From the NCBI GenBank assembly GCA_964016885.1, contig OZ024755.1:19964001-20028000 (forward strand): a stretch of 64,000 nt of DNA, given 5' to 3'. The notes beneath the pieces were generated by a model. That model made no database searches and was not told the DNA's origin. It was given only the letters and a program-made list of their open reading frames with translations. Position 1 is the stretch's first letter; every line of letters starts with the position of its first letter. The translations under genes were made by a program, and so were the position numbers. Source of the stretch: Eledone cirrhosa. Lineage: Eukaryota. Positions 27,858 to 43,412 of the stretch are shown here, one piece after another.

Positions 27858-28174
27858 ATACTTTGGGACGGTCATGTTGCCAATAAGAAACACACGCACC
27901 TTGGCAACATGACCCTCCCAAAGTATAACAATATCGGTTTCAACACACGATTTCAGATAAAGAATCTTGCTAAACAAATTCAGAAACGAAATATATATAT
28001 ATATATCGTTTCTGAATTTGTTTAGCAAGATTCTTTATCTGAAAACGTGTGTTGAAACCGATATTGTTGTACTTTGGGAGGGTCATGTTGCCATAATTTA
28101 TAATAAATTGGAGTGAATGCAACTGGTGCGTGTGTTTCTTATTGGCAACATGACCCTCCCAAAGTACAACAATA
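27851..28174. repeat. Nested fold-back palindrome centred on and flanked by (TA)n
   Basis: Inner arms 27902-27989 and 28007-28093; outer arms 27851-27900 and 28125-28174. Confidence 0.92.
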
Positions 28175-28529
28175 TATATATATATATATAATAAATATAT
28201 ATATAAATATATATATATGTATATATATAAAAAGGTATATATTGAGTTAGAAATTCAAAATAGTCTCTTACAATTAAATAGCTCAAAGAAAGAGATTTTT
28301 CCGGGCCACGTAACATATATATATATATATCCAGGTTAGTCTTCGACAGGTTGTATATATTTTTGTGGTGTAAACTATGGCAACATGCATTTGGTGATCG
28401 TTTTATTTGTGGTGTCACACTTTCATAACTTAAATCTGGACGAAAATATATTAACCTTTCGCACCATTGAATGCTTTGAGACTGCCTCATGCAGTTCGAC
28501 TGGTATCTGCTATACTGCGGCTACAACTT

Positions 28530-28588
<59 letters not shown>

Positions 28589-28978
28589 GGTTAATGACAC
28601 GTTAAACCTGTAGCATATCAATGAAGAGAAAACACATCCCTATTCATCTGAAGAAAGCGTGCAAAGTAGTTATATAATTACCTATGCATCTTTGAAATAC
28701 GTATAATGAATTAAACAATAAAATGAAGATGTACGAATAAAATCTTCTGGTTTTATATATATATATATATATATTTTGAAAAATATGTCAAATCCTTGGT
28801 ACAGTTAGGTATATTTAAAGAAAGGAAAAGAATGACTTCACCTTTACTTCTAAACAATTTGATTTAATTCTATAATATTATGATTTGGTAGATCTAATAA
28901 GTTCTTTGTTAACTTCGGTGGGGAGATTTTTAAAGATTCCTGGATAAATTTGTCACATTCGTCCTGACTTCCTATCTA

Positions 28979-29041
<63 letters not shown>

Positions 29042-29489
29042 ACAGTCAGGACGAATATGACAAATATATATAAATAAATAAGAGTAGTAAAGTACGACTG
29101 CAGGAACAATGAAGCAGATTATGCGTTGGCTTGTCACTCAATTTAATGCAAACAAATAAAAAAAAAGACACACCCATGACCCCAAAATATAAACAAGAAC
29201 ATTGTACGTAATAAGTAAATAAATAATTTCCTATTCTCGGAAAGTTTCGACAGTAACAATAAATATTTGATATCACACCATTCGTAAAGAAAGCATTTGA
29301 CAATGCAAATATTGAACGACTGACTATGGTCATCATAGTATCAATATTATTATGACTCGACTATCACATATAATACTTTAAAATATCTGAAAACAACGAA
29401 ATCAATATGTATTTTTTACAAAATCAAAAAAGACAAAAAGACAAAAAAACAGTTTCAAATCAATGCTTTTTTTGTTTGGTTTTTATCAG

Positions 29490-29628
29490 AGCATCGGAGC
29501 TGGTTGGTACTTTTTTCTGAAATAGTGTGGCTGATTTTCCAATCAGCTACATTTAAGATTTTATATCACGTCAAAAATCAAACTGGTCTGTCCATGGCAG
29601 ACAGAAAAGTACTGAAGACATCTAAGGT
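29490..29628 (+). other. Candidate exon (139 nt)
   Basis: T-rich tract plus CAG acceptor and a GTGAGT donor at 29629. One frame is open, ending ...SMADRKVLKTSK with ccATGG context. Confidence 0.25.
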
Positions 29629-30278
29629 GTGAGTGAGAGAGAGAGAGAGACAGTCAGTCTAAAAAAAGTTTGTGAAAATAAACTAAACAATTGTATCCAT
29701 TATAATGGTCTTATTGTAAAAATCGGCTTTCCCGATTATTATGTTGGTCTTATCAGCTGTGTCAATAGAAATACAAAAACGAAAAATATTGTGAGTAGAC
29801 GAAAAAGCGAAGAAAAGTAGAATCAAAAAGCGAATGTTTACAAAATATAACTTTGTCTATGAGGTTCTTAATTGAATTTCTTCCCCGACAATGCTCTTTG
29901 GAAATATCTTGTGACGTGTGAACAATTAAGGAAAAAATAGTTAAATATTTGGACAGTTAAGATTTCCAATCGAATTAATGAGGAAAGTATTTCAAAATAA
30001 TATGGTTATAAATTATATGAAACAAGAGCAAACAAAACGTTATATATAGTGCTGGAATATATTTTATTTTAGAGTTATATTAGTAGTCAGCAAATTCACA
30101 TAGTATCTTGGAGTGAAACAAAGCAGATATAATTCTAGGTGACGTATTTCTTAAAAATCTGATGTATAATCGCACTTTAGTCTTAGAATATGAAGTGAAT
30201 TGTTAGTTATAAAAGAAATTGAAATTGTAAAGTTTGAAGAGAGTTAGGAAGAAATGAATAATTTTTAAGAGGACTTAC

Positions 30279-30302
30279 ATTCAGGTCACTGTCTCGTGCA
30301 TT
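30279..30302 (-). CDS. Candidate 24-nt frame-preserving microexon (NARDSDLN) of an unidentified gene
   Basis: Minus strand: gtgtaacttttttatgttttacag|AATGCACGAGACAGTGACCTGAAT|gtaagt. Only phase 0 is free of stops. Confidence 0.5.
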
Positions 30303-30571
30303 CTGTAAAACATAAAAAAGTTACACTACATAAGACAAAGGAAAATCATGATTAAGGGCTGAATAAAATAATGAAACAATGAAAGTAATTAGGACAATAG
30401 AACAGTGAGAGTAATAAAAATATATACAAATCTAAAACAAACGAGAATGTTTGAAAAATATTACAATTTTTATGAATAAAACTGTTCAGTAACAATAAGA
30501 TTGAAAACATTTTTTGTACGCTTCTGTTCTGTCAGATCTACATTCATTGCAGAATCAGTAGAGTGCAGATG

Positions 30572-30870
30572 AAACTGCCACGCAGTGTCGGACTCAGAGT
30601 GCTTTGCATTATTCGTTCCAACTCTCTGTTTTCTGAGTTCAAATCCCACCGAGGTCAGCTTTGCCTTTCATCTATTTGAGGTCGATATAATAGTACCAGT
30701 CTGGTACTGGAATTGATACTTCCTTTATATCTCTTTCTCACTTCCTTTATCTCACTTTCTATACTTCATTGGACGAAAGCTGCTGTACTCAGACCTGGAA
30801 AGAGGATGAGCTCCGCCATGTTCTAAAGTGCTCCCTAGGAAGAGTATGTCAATATGGCGCCCCTACACCT
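30572..30870 (+). mobile_element. Long-tailed Nin-type SINE variant
   Basis: GAGTTCAAATCCCACCGAGG..GCCTTTCATC..GTCGAT..GTACCAG plus a tail shared with 13378-13630. Confidence 0.75.
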
Positions 30871-31356
30871 CCCTCATACCATACCATTAGTATACTTTGA
30901 AACACTCTAGGGATCGACATTATTCAATAATCCAGCACCAGTCCCTTGGTACCTACAGACTCGTTATTTATTTATTTATTTACATCGAAACTAACTTCCA
31001 TACATGTTTGTTGCTGTGTTTCCTAGTGTGGTTACCTTTATCCGTTCCTTTAAGACAAAATACATATATGCTTCATGACAGAAACTGAAAAGTGAATCAA
31101 TAAAAGCGTGTATGTTCAACCAAGCGCCAGACGCAAAAAAATGAAAAATATATTTAATCATATGTATCAAAGAGGGGTTAGTACCATGTAACAGAGTAAA
31201 GCTGTTTTATCTTGCTTGCTTCTGTCAGAGATTAATAAAATAGCATCTCTTTTCATCGTCAGAACATCACTTTATATTATTAGCCTTGCTGGTTTCTCAG
31301 TAGGGTATATGCGTACAACTTAAGTGTTACACACAAGTAAATCTACGTTTCTCCTC

Positions 31357-31394
<38 letters not shown>

Positions 31395-31520
31395 CACACA
31401 TATATATGTATGTATATATACATACACACATATATATGTATGTATACAATTTTCATGCGTAAATTCGCAAAGTGGTGCAATAATACTACAGAATCAAATC
31501 AGATGTGATACAAGAATCAG

Positions 31521-31556
<36 letters not shown>

Positions 31557-31927
31557 TCGTAGGAGACATTGAATATGATTTCCAATATGGATGAGTTGGA
31601 ACTGAAATTAAAGACATTTCAAAGCAACTAGTTTCCAATATCAGCAAGATCAATTCATTATAATTCAACATATGTAAGAATATTGACATCTTATAGCAAT
31701 ATAAATGTCGTCCTAACGGCTGCGTACCGAAGATGAATTACTGAACTCGAAATCTACTTGTTGCATTTGAGTTTAGATCTTGGCATTTATTAGAAGTAAA
31801 TAGATTTATATCAAGGAAAAATTGATCTTAACTATCAATTATATATTTACACTTATATTGTGGTCGAGTATAAATTGAAGTTATTCTCTTTATCAGCTAC
31901 AAATCCAAAGCATATACATATATGTGT

Positions 31928-31968
31928 AAACCGCAAACTCTTAAACGTCGTTTACGAGTTTGCGGTTT
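31928..31968. repeat. 41-bp near-perfect palindrome
   Basis: AAACCGCAAACTCtTAAACG t CGTTTAcGAGTTTGCGGTTT. Confidence 0.9.
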
Positions 31969-33039
31969 CATTGAAATAGAAAGTTCTCATATTTTTATAT
32001 ACGTACTGTGAACTATAAAGAATCTTACGTGATAATTATTTCTCTAGATAATGAAAACTATCTTAAGAAAATATATACATTCATCTTGGCGCAGTTATAG
32101 TCAGTGTGATTCTAAAGCGGGTGGATAGCGTCGTATGACTTTGACACGTATCTCATAACAGGGCAACTGACTTACAGATACAATAATAATAAATCGACAA
32201 AGAATGGTTATAAACCCGAAAACAACTTACTAAAAAAAGCGAAATTTCGATCAGCATAGTCGTAAAAAATTCACAGGAGAGCTGAACAACAGGTTTGTCA
32301 GACAAGAAACCTCCCTCTCCCAGCATGCAAGTGGTTTGCTCCATAACTTCTTAAAGCATAGTTCACACTTTTTTCTCTATAAACTAGAAATTACGCTGTG
32401 GGTGGTGTTTTCTGACATTAACGCTAGCACTGTAATAATCGTTAGATGCGGATATATTTTATTGGAGGATAAAATTGTTTCCCATAGAATATGATGTACT
32501 ATTAAACATTATGGTATTAAATACCATGCAGACTGTTATCGGTTCTTTTGATAATGAAAGCTAATGAGATAGAAAGTGTATATTTGATGAACATGTTTTA
32601 TTGTTGGTTAATATATTAATATTTTACCTTAATTGATGCAAGCAATTATAATGCTGTTTAAAATTGATCAATGTTAGCATGATGCATATTAAATAAGGAT
32701 ATTAGCAAATAGAAAGTGTATTTAATATCATTAGTTGACGAGGCATTTAATTAACACCACGTTGAAAATATTGACTACTTCAATAAATTACAATTACAAA
32801 CAAATTATGTTATATTAACTAATATATCGATGCAGGACTTGGTTAATTGGTAATTCTGATGTTAAGTATTAATTGCAGAGTAATATCTATTGGAAAATAC
32901 TGCTGAAAGTGGTTGATGATCAAATTGCCTAACAAACTATAATATTTGATTCTAAAATGTTTATTTCGAGTCCGGTGGCACATCAGACCCTTGCTTATCC
33001 CGGTGTCCATGAAGTTAAGAGACAGAGATTTCAAGACTT

Positions 33040-33210
33040 TCCCACACAGGCAGGACGCCAGTCCATCGCAGAGTTAAACCCCTAGCCGCTGCAGGTATTA
33101 ATTTTCAGTTGAGTATACTGGAGCAATGTGAAATGAAGTGTTTTGCTCAAAAACTCAACACACAACCCAGTCCACGACATTATGATAAGTCCAACAATAG
33201 ACCACGCACC
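33040..33210 (-). mobile_element. CORE-like SINE fragment (tail type B)
   Basis: CAGGACGCCAGTCCATCGCAG and CTGGAGCAATGTGAAATGAAGTGTTTTGCTCAA form the reverse complement of the 62670 copy. Confidence 0.75.
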
Positions 33211-35374
33211 AAATACTAACATTAGATTGTAGTAGATATATTTGTAAAGGGGTCTTTCCAATAGTTTTAGTACAACATCAGCTAATCATTATAATCATTA
33301 AGAAACTAAGCTTAATATTCTGCCAACATTTACACAGAATAATTACATTATGATTTATAAATTAATGAAAGTGTCATTAGAAATGGAATATAAACCGGAA
33401 TTAAGGAAGAAATGAAGAATGATTGTTGATTCTGTGAAACAACAATGCTCATCAGTTCTTTATTATTTGTAGGAAAATTCATTTGAAACTGAGGGAAGAA
33501 GAATTTTGATATTAAATATTGGGATTTTATAATAATTGTTATTAAATACTTTATTAACAAACATTTATGGTGCAGATATTTTCAATTATTTTTACATTAT
33601 GTAAACTACAGAAATTAGCTCTGGCATAATTATTTACTCTTAAATAATTAAATATTTATTTTAATATATTACTTCAAATTGGCGAAAAGGAAAAGAGGAG
33701 ATTCTTTTTTAACATAGGATTAAATACTTTACGGTATTCCTTTCGTTTCAAAATCCCACATGGGCCAACTTTACCTTCATTCCATAAATAAGTACGTGTT
33801 CTATACTGGGGAAAATTTGCCTTATATATCTCTTTCTCACTTCCAGTCAATTACCCTCCCTCCATCCTCCTTTGGCAGAATTCTGTGTTCAAACCTGGAG
33901 AGATCATGGGCTCCACCAGGTTTTAAAATATCCCAGGACACGCTGTAGAAGACTGCGGCCTCCCTACGGCTCTATATATGTAACAAATACATACATTCAC
34001 TATATTATTTTACATAGAAGAGAAGCTCATGTTAGGGTAGATCAATTAGAATGTCATAATTCTTCATCTTATTTTTACAGAATATAACATTTTGAAATAA
34101 TTAAACAGACATTCACACATCTAAAGGTTGTGATTTCGGTCCTCACAAGCAGACGAAAATCTCACACTAGAAATATATTGTAGATATTTGCATGGATGGA
34201 GATGTTTAAGGTTTCTGTTGGCCTCGTGCCTAAATTAGAAACCATTATGAAAAATATTAAATAAATATAAAAATAATGAATAAATAAATCATGATTGATG
34301 ATAAAAATATGAGAAAATCTGCGCAACATGAAAAGTTACCTCGAACATGTTTGCAATATATCAGATACAGTTTATAAATTCCTCACTGATCGACTATATT
34401 TAGCTAACAGATCATCCTCTAGTAGAACATATACAAAGGCAAATTGCCATTCCTCTTGCGTTGATCGCTTTGTAGGCTTAGTTTGGAAAATGTTATTTTA
34501 ATCTTCACAAAATAACATACTAGATTATATGGAAGGAATTTCAGATAATATATTAAACAATTATAACTTTAATATAAATAATGGTGTGCACATGCTCGGA
34601 AATGCTCTGAAATATCTTAAACAACTATAACGTGTTTTTTAATGTTTCTAATAGAATCCTAAATATTTACGTTCCCTTCGTTATTTAATCATTTTTTTCT
34701 GAAACTAAGGAAATTCGCAATCGCTTAGCCAAACATTACTTACAAGTTTCTACACTTAGATCTAGAATCTCCGGCGTCTTGTGGCACACGAGGCAGCGGA
34801 ATTGCTCACTAACTTGTTCAACCTGCTATTCTATAGTTACTAGTTTATAAAGCTTTGTTTTTCCTTATTATATCTCGTCTACTAAAATATTCTGTTGCTA
34901 GCAACACTGATAGGTATTTCGTTCGAAATATTTTCGAGGGAGACGCCCAACCAACTTTCTAATCTTGAAAATATTCTGACAGTTTAATTGGGAAAAAAAA
35001 TGGTCCCTTTTAGAGTACAGCTTGCAACATATTATTAGCACAAATTTATTAAATCTTACAGTTAGATTCAATACCATTTTAAGAAGTACATTCTACCAAT
35101 TCTATACTTTCCTCAGACAACAAAAGTAAGCTAAACTAAATAGTCTGGAAATTAATCCTAACACAAAAATCAATATTTTTCCTATGAATTTATTAATATT
35201 TCTTTATGGTGTTCAATGTTTTGAATTGTAGATTTGCTGCAAGCACAAAAAAATAATATCAACCACAAAACCTTTAACTTATAAAAAAAAAACATGGTGT
35301 TTTTAGTCGGTCTATCCATCTGTTTACAAAATTACGTAGTCTGTCTTCATGTATCTTGTTATAATTGTATATGT

Positions 35375-36089
35375 GCCGTGCATTAGCAGTATCAACAGAA
35401 GTTCGGACAACATGCTTTAGATTCTGAGTTCAAATCCCGCTGAGATTAGCTTTCCCTTTCCGCCTTACGGGGGTCGAAAAAAGAAAGTACCAGTAACGCA
35501 CTGGAGTCGATTCAATCGACTTTCTCCCCTCCTTCCAAAATTGTTGATCTTGTGTCTAAATCAAACTATATTTGTATATAGGTTAATATATGGGATCCAC
35601 CGTGAAAGCCTTTATGTGGTGTTCCGATTTGCTCAAAATTCAGCCAAATCACCCTCAAATCACACACCAACCCCTTAAAAGAGAAATGGCACTGGAGGTA
35701 ATATGCTCCTAAATGTAGATTTTCTCGTATGGTTTGTGATTTTGTAGTCTATCAACCAATATCATACACTGACATTATTTGAACATTTCTTTACACGTAG
35801 ACAGGGATACATACGAGGAATGGTCGTGGTAATAAGTGACTACTAAAAGACATACATGTACATAGGTAGGATTCCGATGTAAATCGGAAGGCCACCTCTG
35901 TCCTGAAAAAAGTCATTTCTTTCATAAAAGGAATATATATATATATATATATATTGTTATACTTGTAATAATATTGCCAGAAATAATAACAGAACACACT
36001 CACGGTTTGGTTGGTTTTCGCTTCTGTATCTTTTATATCTCCACAGTTAATTTATTTGGCAATCAATGTTTATGAATGATTGACCAACG

Positions 36090-36153
<64 letters not shown>

Positions 36154-36268
36154 TAACAGATTAAAGTTTGAGGTTAACTTTGCCTTTCATCCTTACGGGG
36201 TCGATAAAATAAAGTACCAGTATTGCATTAGATAATTGCTGGCCTTGTGCCAAAAGTAGAAACAATTA
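35375..36268 (+). mobile_element. Two Nin-type SINE copies (about 35375-35570 and 36170-36268)
   Basis: B box and Nin-domain motifs. Confidence 0.8.
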
Positions 36269-37777
36269 TTTATTATAAGGATAAGGAACAAGGATTCAGT
36301 GTTGCATTATAACATATTTAATAACATATTACATATGTTTCACTATCGATCAGCTCGAGGCAAGACCTATTATAGATATTGAACCTAACTCTGTAATCGA
36401 AAGGTCGTCAGATATGCTTAGTATATGAATTCGTCTCCCAAGTATATATATATATATTTCACATAATTCACACACCCTTGCCTATATAATGTCTATTAGG
36501 GATCACTATATAGTGTCTTATTACTTCGACGAATTATAGCTCAAAACGTCAGCTCTTGCATTGTTACGTCAACCGAACATATTGTCACTCTGTATCTTTC
36601 CCAGATTCTCCTTTAACTTTTCTGCCAACACTAAACCTCAATAAATCCTTTAGAGTCCATACTTTAACTCTTCAGTCTACGTATCAGACTGTGTTATAAC
36701 ATGTTGTTGGACGTAAAGGCCCATGGCTAGAAGGAGCATAGATACGTATTTAATTATTAAAGATCTTTTTAATTATATTACTGTCCCTCGAATATGTAAG
36801 ATTTGCGATCGCATCATGGGCCTTTGATTCTGCTAACATGGTGTATGTGAAATCGCGAGTTACAAAACTTATAATACATACGTAAGTAGCCATCAGTATG
36901 TTTGTACGTTTATACCTTCAACGACTAGAAGAAATTTCATTACGAAGCCGGTATCAGTAGGAATAAAGCAAGTAGATGTACTGAGTGAACAATAGCAAAA
37001 CTTGGCGTAAAACCAAATATCTTTAATAACAGTCTCAGCTTGTAAATGACTGTGAGGTTTAGAATATTAAAAATCAAACACCATTACTACGTCTGTATCA
37101 CCTTAAGGTAACCAGACAATACACAAAATTTCCTGGACAAGTAAATCAATTCTAACTTTTCTAAATTTTCTGTTATACTTTAACCGAGGTGGGTGTAATC
37201 AACAGCCATGTTGCCAAATTCCACCGCCACCTCTTTTCTTTTATGTAATTAGCTCACTTTATTCTATTTACAAATACAGATCTTCCTAACACAAAACAAA
37301 AAACCAATGAAAAGAAACAAACAAGTGGATAGATGTGATGTGATTCTACACTGAATTCCCCCATATAAAATACATATATATAATATATACACACACACAT
37401 ACACACACATATATATATATATAACGAAGGAAGTGTGGTAAGGAATCAGGTGGACCATAACGCACCAGCGTACTCAATACTTAGGATAGCAGAGTGGGTA
37501 ATAGGAAAATGTTCGACATGTGCGACACCACACTAATACATTTCACTATCATTTGAAAATGCATGAAAATGCTGAAACCGGTAAAATAGACAATTATTAA
37601 ATATATAAATAGATAAATAAATGTCATTGTTAAATAATAAATAAATCAACTAATACCTTAACACTTCACACAAAGTAAAACATTTCGTTTTAATCATTTT
37701 CTAACCCAGAAAAAAGAGATAGAAACAAAAAAGGGAAAAAAAATGTTTCTTCCTAATAATCGTCTCTTTCTCCCTGT

Positions 37778-37810
<33 letters not shown>

Positions 37811-38244
37811 CGATTTTCGCACCATTAAGTGCTTTATGACTGCTTCAAACAACTCGATTGGTACTTGCTATATTGGAGTTATAACTTCGATTTATATATT
37901 TAGAGAGAGAGAGAGATAGAGAGAGCACAAACTTATGTGTGTACGAGCGTTGATGATGCTGGCGGTTGTGCATTGAATTGAAGGAAATATATTTATATTT
38001 ATATCTATCTCTTATGAATGTATCTACTAGTCACTTTATGCTTATACGTTTAGATGGCGACATGAATATTAGCTAAAAAATCTGTGCGTCAGTTTATTTA
38101 TATATGTGAGTGTGTATGTATGTCTTTTTGTGAATATATTTACCTGCTTTTATATATTTTCCGGGAATTCCCGAGCGCACATGTCTACCTCAATTACATT
38201 TATATATATATATATGAAAGTATATATATATATTAATGAATATA

Positions 38245-38301
<57 letters not shown>

Positions 38302-38444
38302 AAATGGATGAATGAATATATGAATATATATATGTGCGCGTGTGTGTGTGGGGGGGGGGGTATAAATGTGTATATGTATATATATATATGTGTGGGTGTG
38401 TGGGTATAAATGTGTATGTGTATATGTATATATATAGATGTGTT

Positions 38445-38481
<37 letters not shown>

Positions 38482-38846
38482 TTAATTCTATTATGTTCAC
38501 TGGAGCAGAAATTCTGGAGTGTGGTGTGGGTGCTTAGAAAGGATGTAAAAGAGATTCATGTGACATTCAAACTGATTATAAAGTATGTATGTCAGTCGTT
38601 TTTCTTTGCTTTTAATCGAATCCGGGTGATGTATGGGACATATTCCTGTCTGGGAAAATATATTATGTACCAGTCTACTTGCATGTGTGTGCATGTGTGA
38701 AAGTATGTGTATGGGTGTGTGCGTGTAAGTATATGTAAGGGTGTAAGTATGAAAGTATGTAAGTGATTGTACAAACATACATTCGTAAACACATTCAGAT
38801 ATTAATATTAAGATATATATATATACAATATATATATATGCAATAA

Positions 38847-40065
<1,219 letters not shown>

Positions 40066-40277
40066 AACATATATATATATATATATATATAAATATATAC
40101 ATATATAATCTATATTCATAAAAGTATAATATGCATTTCTTTCTCTCTCTACACATATATATATATATGTGTGTATATATATATATATCTTTATTCATAA
40201 AAGTATAATATGCATTTCTTTCTTTCTCTCTCTACACACACATATATACATACACACACACACACACACACACATAC

Positions 40278-40341
<64 letters not shown>

Positions 40342-40458
40342 ATATATATATTAAACTGTGATGTTTGATTATCTGTGTCTCTAATGGATAATATTTTACG
40401 AGCACAAAGAGAATACCTTTATTCAGGAATCTATATAACTGTCTATCAACCTACATTC

Positions 40459-40741
40459 CTGTCTGTCTCTACGTCTGTCTGTGTCTCTCTCCGTCTCTCC
40501 CTCTCTCTCCGTCTCTCTCCGTCTCTCTCCGTCTGTCTCTCCGTCTCTCTCTCTCCGTCTCTCCGTCTCTCTCTCTCCGTCTCTCTCTCTCCGTCTCTCT
40601 CTCCGTCTCTCTCTCTGTCTCTCTCTCTGTCTCTCTCTCTGTCTCTCTCTCTGTCTTTCTCTCTGTCTTTCTCTCTGTCTTTCTCTCTGTCTTTCTGTCT
40701 GTCTCTCTGTCACTGTCTGTCTGTCTGTCTCTCTGTCTGTC
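40459..40741. repeat. (CT)n-derived pyrimidine repeat (CTCTCTCCGT/CTCTCTGT units)
   Basis: Seen directly in the sequence. Confidence 0.93.
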
Positions 40742-40798
40742 TTAAAGCGCATTCTTTAAGGGTATGTCAATATTTATTTATAAAACTGTTCTATATTA

Positions 40799-40863
40799 TA
40801 TTTTATCTGATGAAAGCGCACCATAACTTAACTTGGTGTCCTTGAAATATGTATAATGAAATA
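40799..40863 (+). ncRNA. Type I hammerhead ribozyme with intact core
   Basis: TATTTTAT-CTGATGA-aagcGCACCAtaacttaactTGGTGTcctt-GAAA-TATGTATA^ATGAAATA. Stem I has one G-U pair. Confidence 0.72.
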
Positions 40864-40904
40864 AATATGGTTTTATAAATATAGTTTCCATTTGTTAATA
40901 TATC

Positions 40905-40905
40905 G

Positions 40906-40977
<72 letters not shown>

Positions 40978-41263
40978 AGGAAGTTGTAGTTTACTTGAAG
41001 CATTATATATTATATATTATATATCCTTATAAATATATATATATACACACACACAGACATATACCTATATATATATATATACACACACATACATATATAT
41101 CTACATATGCACACATACACATACATATACACACACACATACACACACATGTATACATCTATATATACACACACACACGTATACATATATACACACACAT
41201 ACACACACACGTATACATCTATATATACACACACACACGTATACATATATACACACACATACG

Positions 41264-41304
<41 letters not shown>

Positions 41305-41707
41305 GTATACATATATATATACACACACACACACGTATACATATATATATACACACACACACACGTATACATATATATATACACACACACACACGTATAC
41401 ATATATATATACACACACACACACGTATACATATATATATACACACACACACACACGTATACATATATATATACACACACACACACACGTATACATATAT
41501 ATATACACACACACACACGTATACATATATATATACACACACACACATGTATACATATATATATACACACATGTATACATATATATATACACACACATGT
41601 ATACATATACATACACACGTATACATATATATACACACGTATACATATATATATATACACACACACATGTATACATATATATATACACACACACACACAC
41701 ATGTATA

Positions 41708-41738
<31 letters not shown>

Positions 41739-41812
41739 GTATACATATATATATACACACACACACATTTATACATATATATACACACACACACACACGC
41801 ACACACGTATAC

Positions 41813-41894
<82 letters not shown>

Positions 41895-42266
41895 GTGCGC
41901 CATATATATTGTGTATTGAGTAGATAATATAACAATATAAAAAGTAACTGGAGCAATATTAAGTATAGCTTTCTAATGATTAGGAATTGATGTATTGTCA
42001 TGAATATTAATGCATTCGTATCCAGCGTTTTAATATTCCCTTTCCATTAAAGAGGCAGCTCATAAACGCCTGTGTAGAAGAATCTAATGTTATAGAACAG
42101 AGTGGAGTGGGGGTACATACATACATACACACATATATATATATATATATATATACATACATACATGTGTATATATATATATATAAACACATACACACAC
42201 ACGTATATATATATATATAAACACACACACACGTATATATATATATAAACACACATACACACACAC

Positions 42267-42314
<48 letters not shown>

Positions 42315-42522
42315 ATATACACACATATACTCACAATATATACATACATATCTACATACATACACACATATATATACATACATACATACATACACACATA
42401 TATATATACATACATACATACATACATACACACATATATATATACATACATACATACACACATATATATATATACATACATACACACATATATATATATA
42501 CATACATACATACATACATACA

Positions 42523-42556
<34 letters not shown>

Positions 42557-42560
42557 CCAA
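40905..42560. repeat. Compound (TA)/(CA)/(TACA) satellite, including about 30-bp CGTATAC(AT)n(AC)m units
   Basis: Seen directly, with a short unique interruption at about 41895-42115. Confidence 0.95.
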
Positions 42561-42991
42561 TCAGAAATCAGATTGTGTATCGCTTTTACATTCTTCAATA
42601 TGAACTAATCGATTCCAACATCGTAACTTTCCAGTGATCTGTTAAATTGTTTATATTTAACACAAGTCTGCGTTTTTTCTTTATTTGGGGACGCATGGGA
42701 TACTTAGAAACTATGTAATCAATCAACAGATTTCCTTTTTTATGGTTTGATTCATATCAATAAGGGAACGGGTTTCAATATGGCGAAGTGTAATCCAGAT
42801 TATCCACAACTGTATTGTATAAAATATGTCTGCCAGACAGCATAAAATATGAGAACAGAGGAAGAATATAATAATATAAAAAAATACACGTCTAAGGCTT
42901 ATTGTTTTTGTTGTTTTGGATCAGTTCAGCCTTGATTGATTCGATCTATGACCAGTTACATTATTTTCAAGTTTTATGTATCTTGTATTAC

Positions 42992-43177
42992 GGGGGATTG
43001 GCAGTATTGGTAGAGGGCCGGACGCCATGCTTTGACGTATAGAGTTACGGCCCTTGCCTTTCTGAGTTCAAATCCCGCCAAGGTTAACTTTGCCTTTCAT
43101 CCTTACGGGGTCGATAAAATAAAGTACCAGTAATGCACTGGGTTATTGCTGGCCTTGTGCCTAACGTAGAAACAATT
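42992..43177 (+). mobile_element. Nin/Deu-domain tRNA-SINE, full length, with TSD
   Basis: A box, B box, Nin motif and 3' end AGAAACAATT. Flanked by TTATGTATCTTGT(A/G)TTAC. Confidence 0.92.
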
Positions 43178-43232
43178 ATGTATCTTGTGTTACATTATAT
43201 CTTTGATAACATTTCTAAGATGATATGATGTA

Positions 43233-43412
43233 GAGGCGCGTAGCATTGTGGTAAGGTTTTTGAACGCACGATCATAATGTTGTGGGTTCGATTCCTGGAC
43301 CGAGTTGTGTGTTGTGTTCTTGAGCAAAACACTTCATTTTTGTATTCTCAGGTGCTTCAAGCCAGGAAACCGTTATAAGCACCGATCTGACGAGCCTCCT
43401 GGAATCAGACAA
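43233..43412 (+). mobile_element. CORE-like SINE (tail type B) with an internal deletion
   Basis: tRNA head with GGGTTCGATTCC and TTGAGCAAAACACTT, then tail GCTTCAAGCCAGGAAACCG..ATAAGCACCG matching 62895-62960. Confidence 0.75.

Noticed and set aside
33348-33488. Minus-strand exon after a strong acceptor (TTCTTCTTCCCTCAG)
   Set aside because: No good donor and no recognisable product, so it cannot be supported without transcript data.
43350-43402. GAAA...CTGACGA as a type II hammerhead
   Set aside because: No stem III or cleavage triplet can be formed, and the segment aligns with the SINE tail at 62895-62950.
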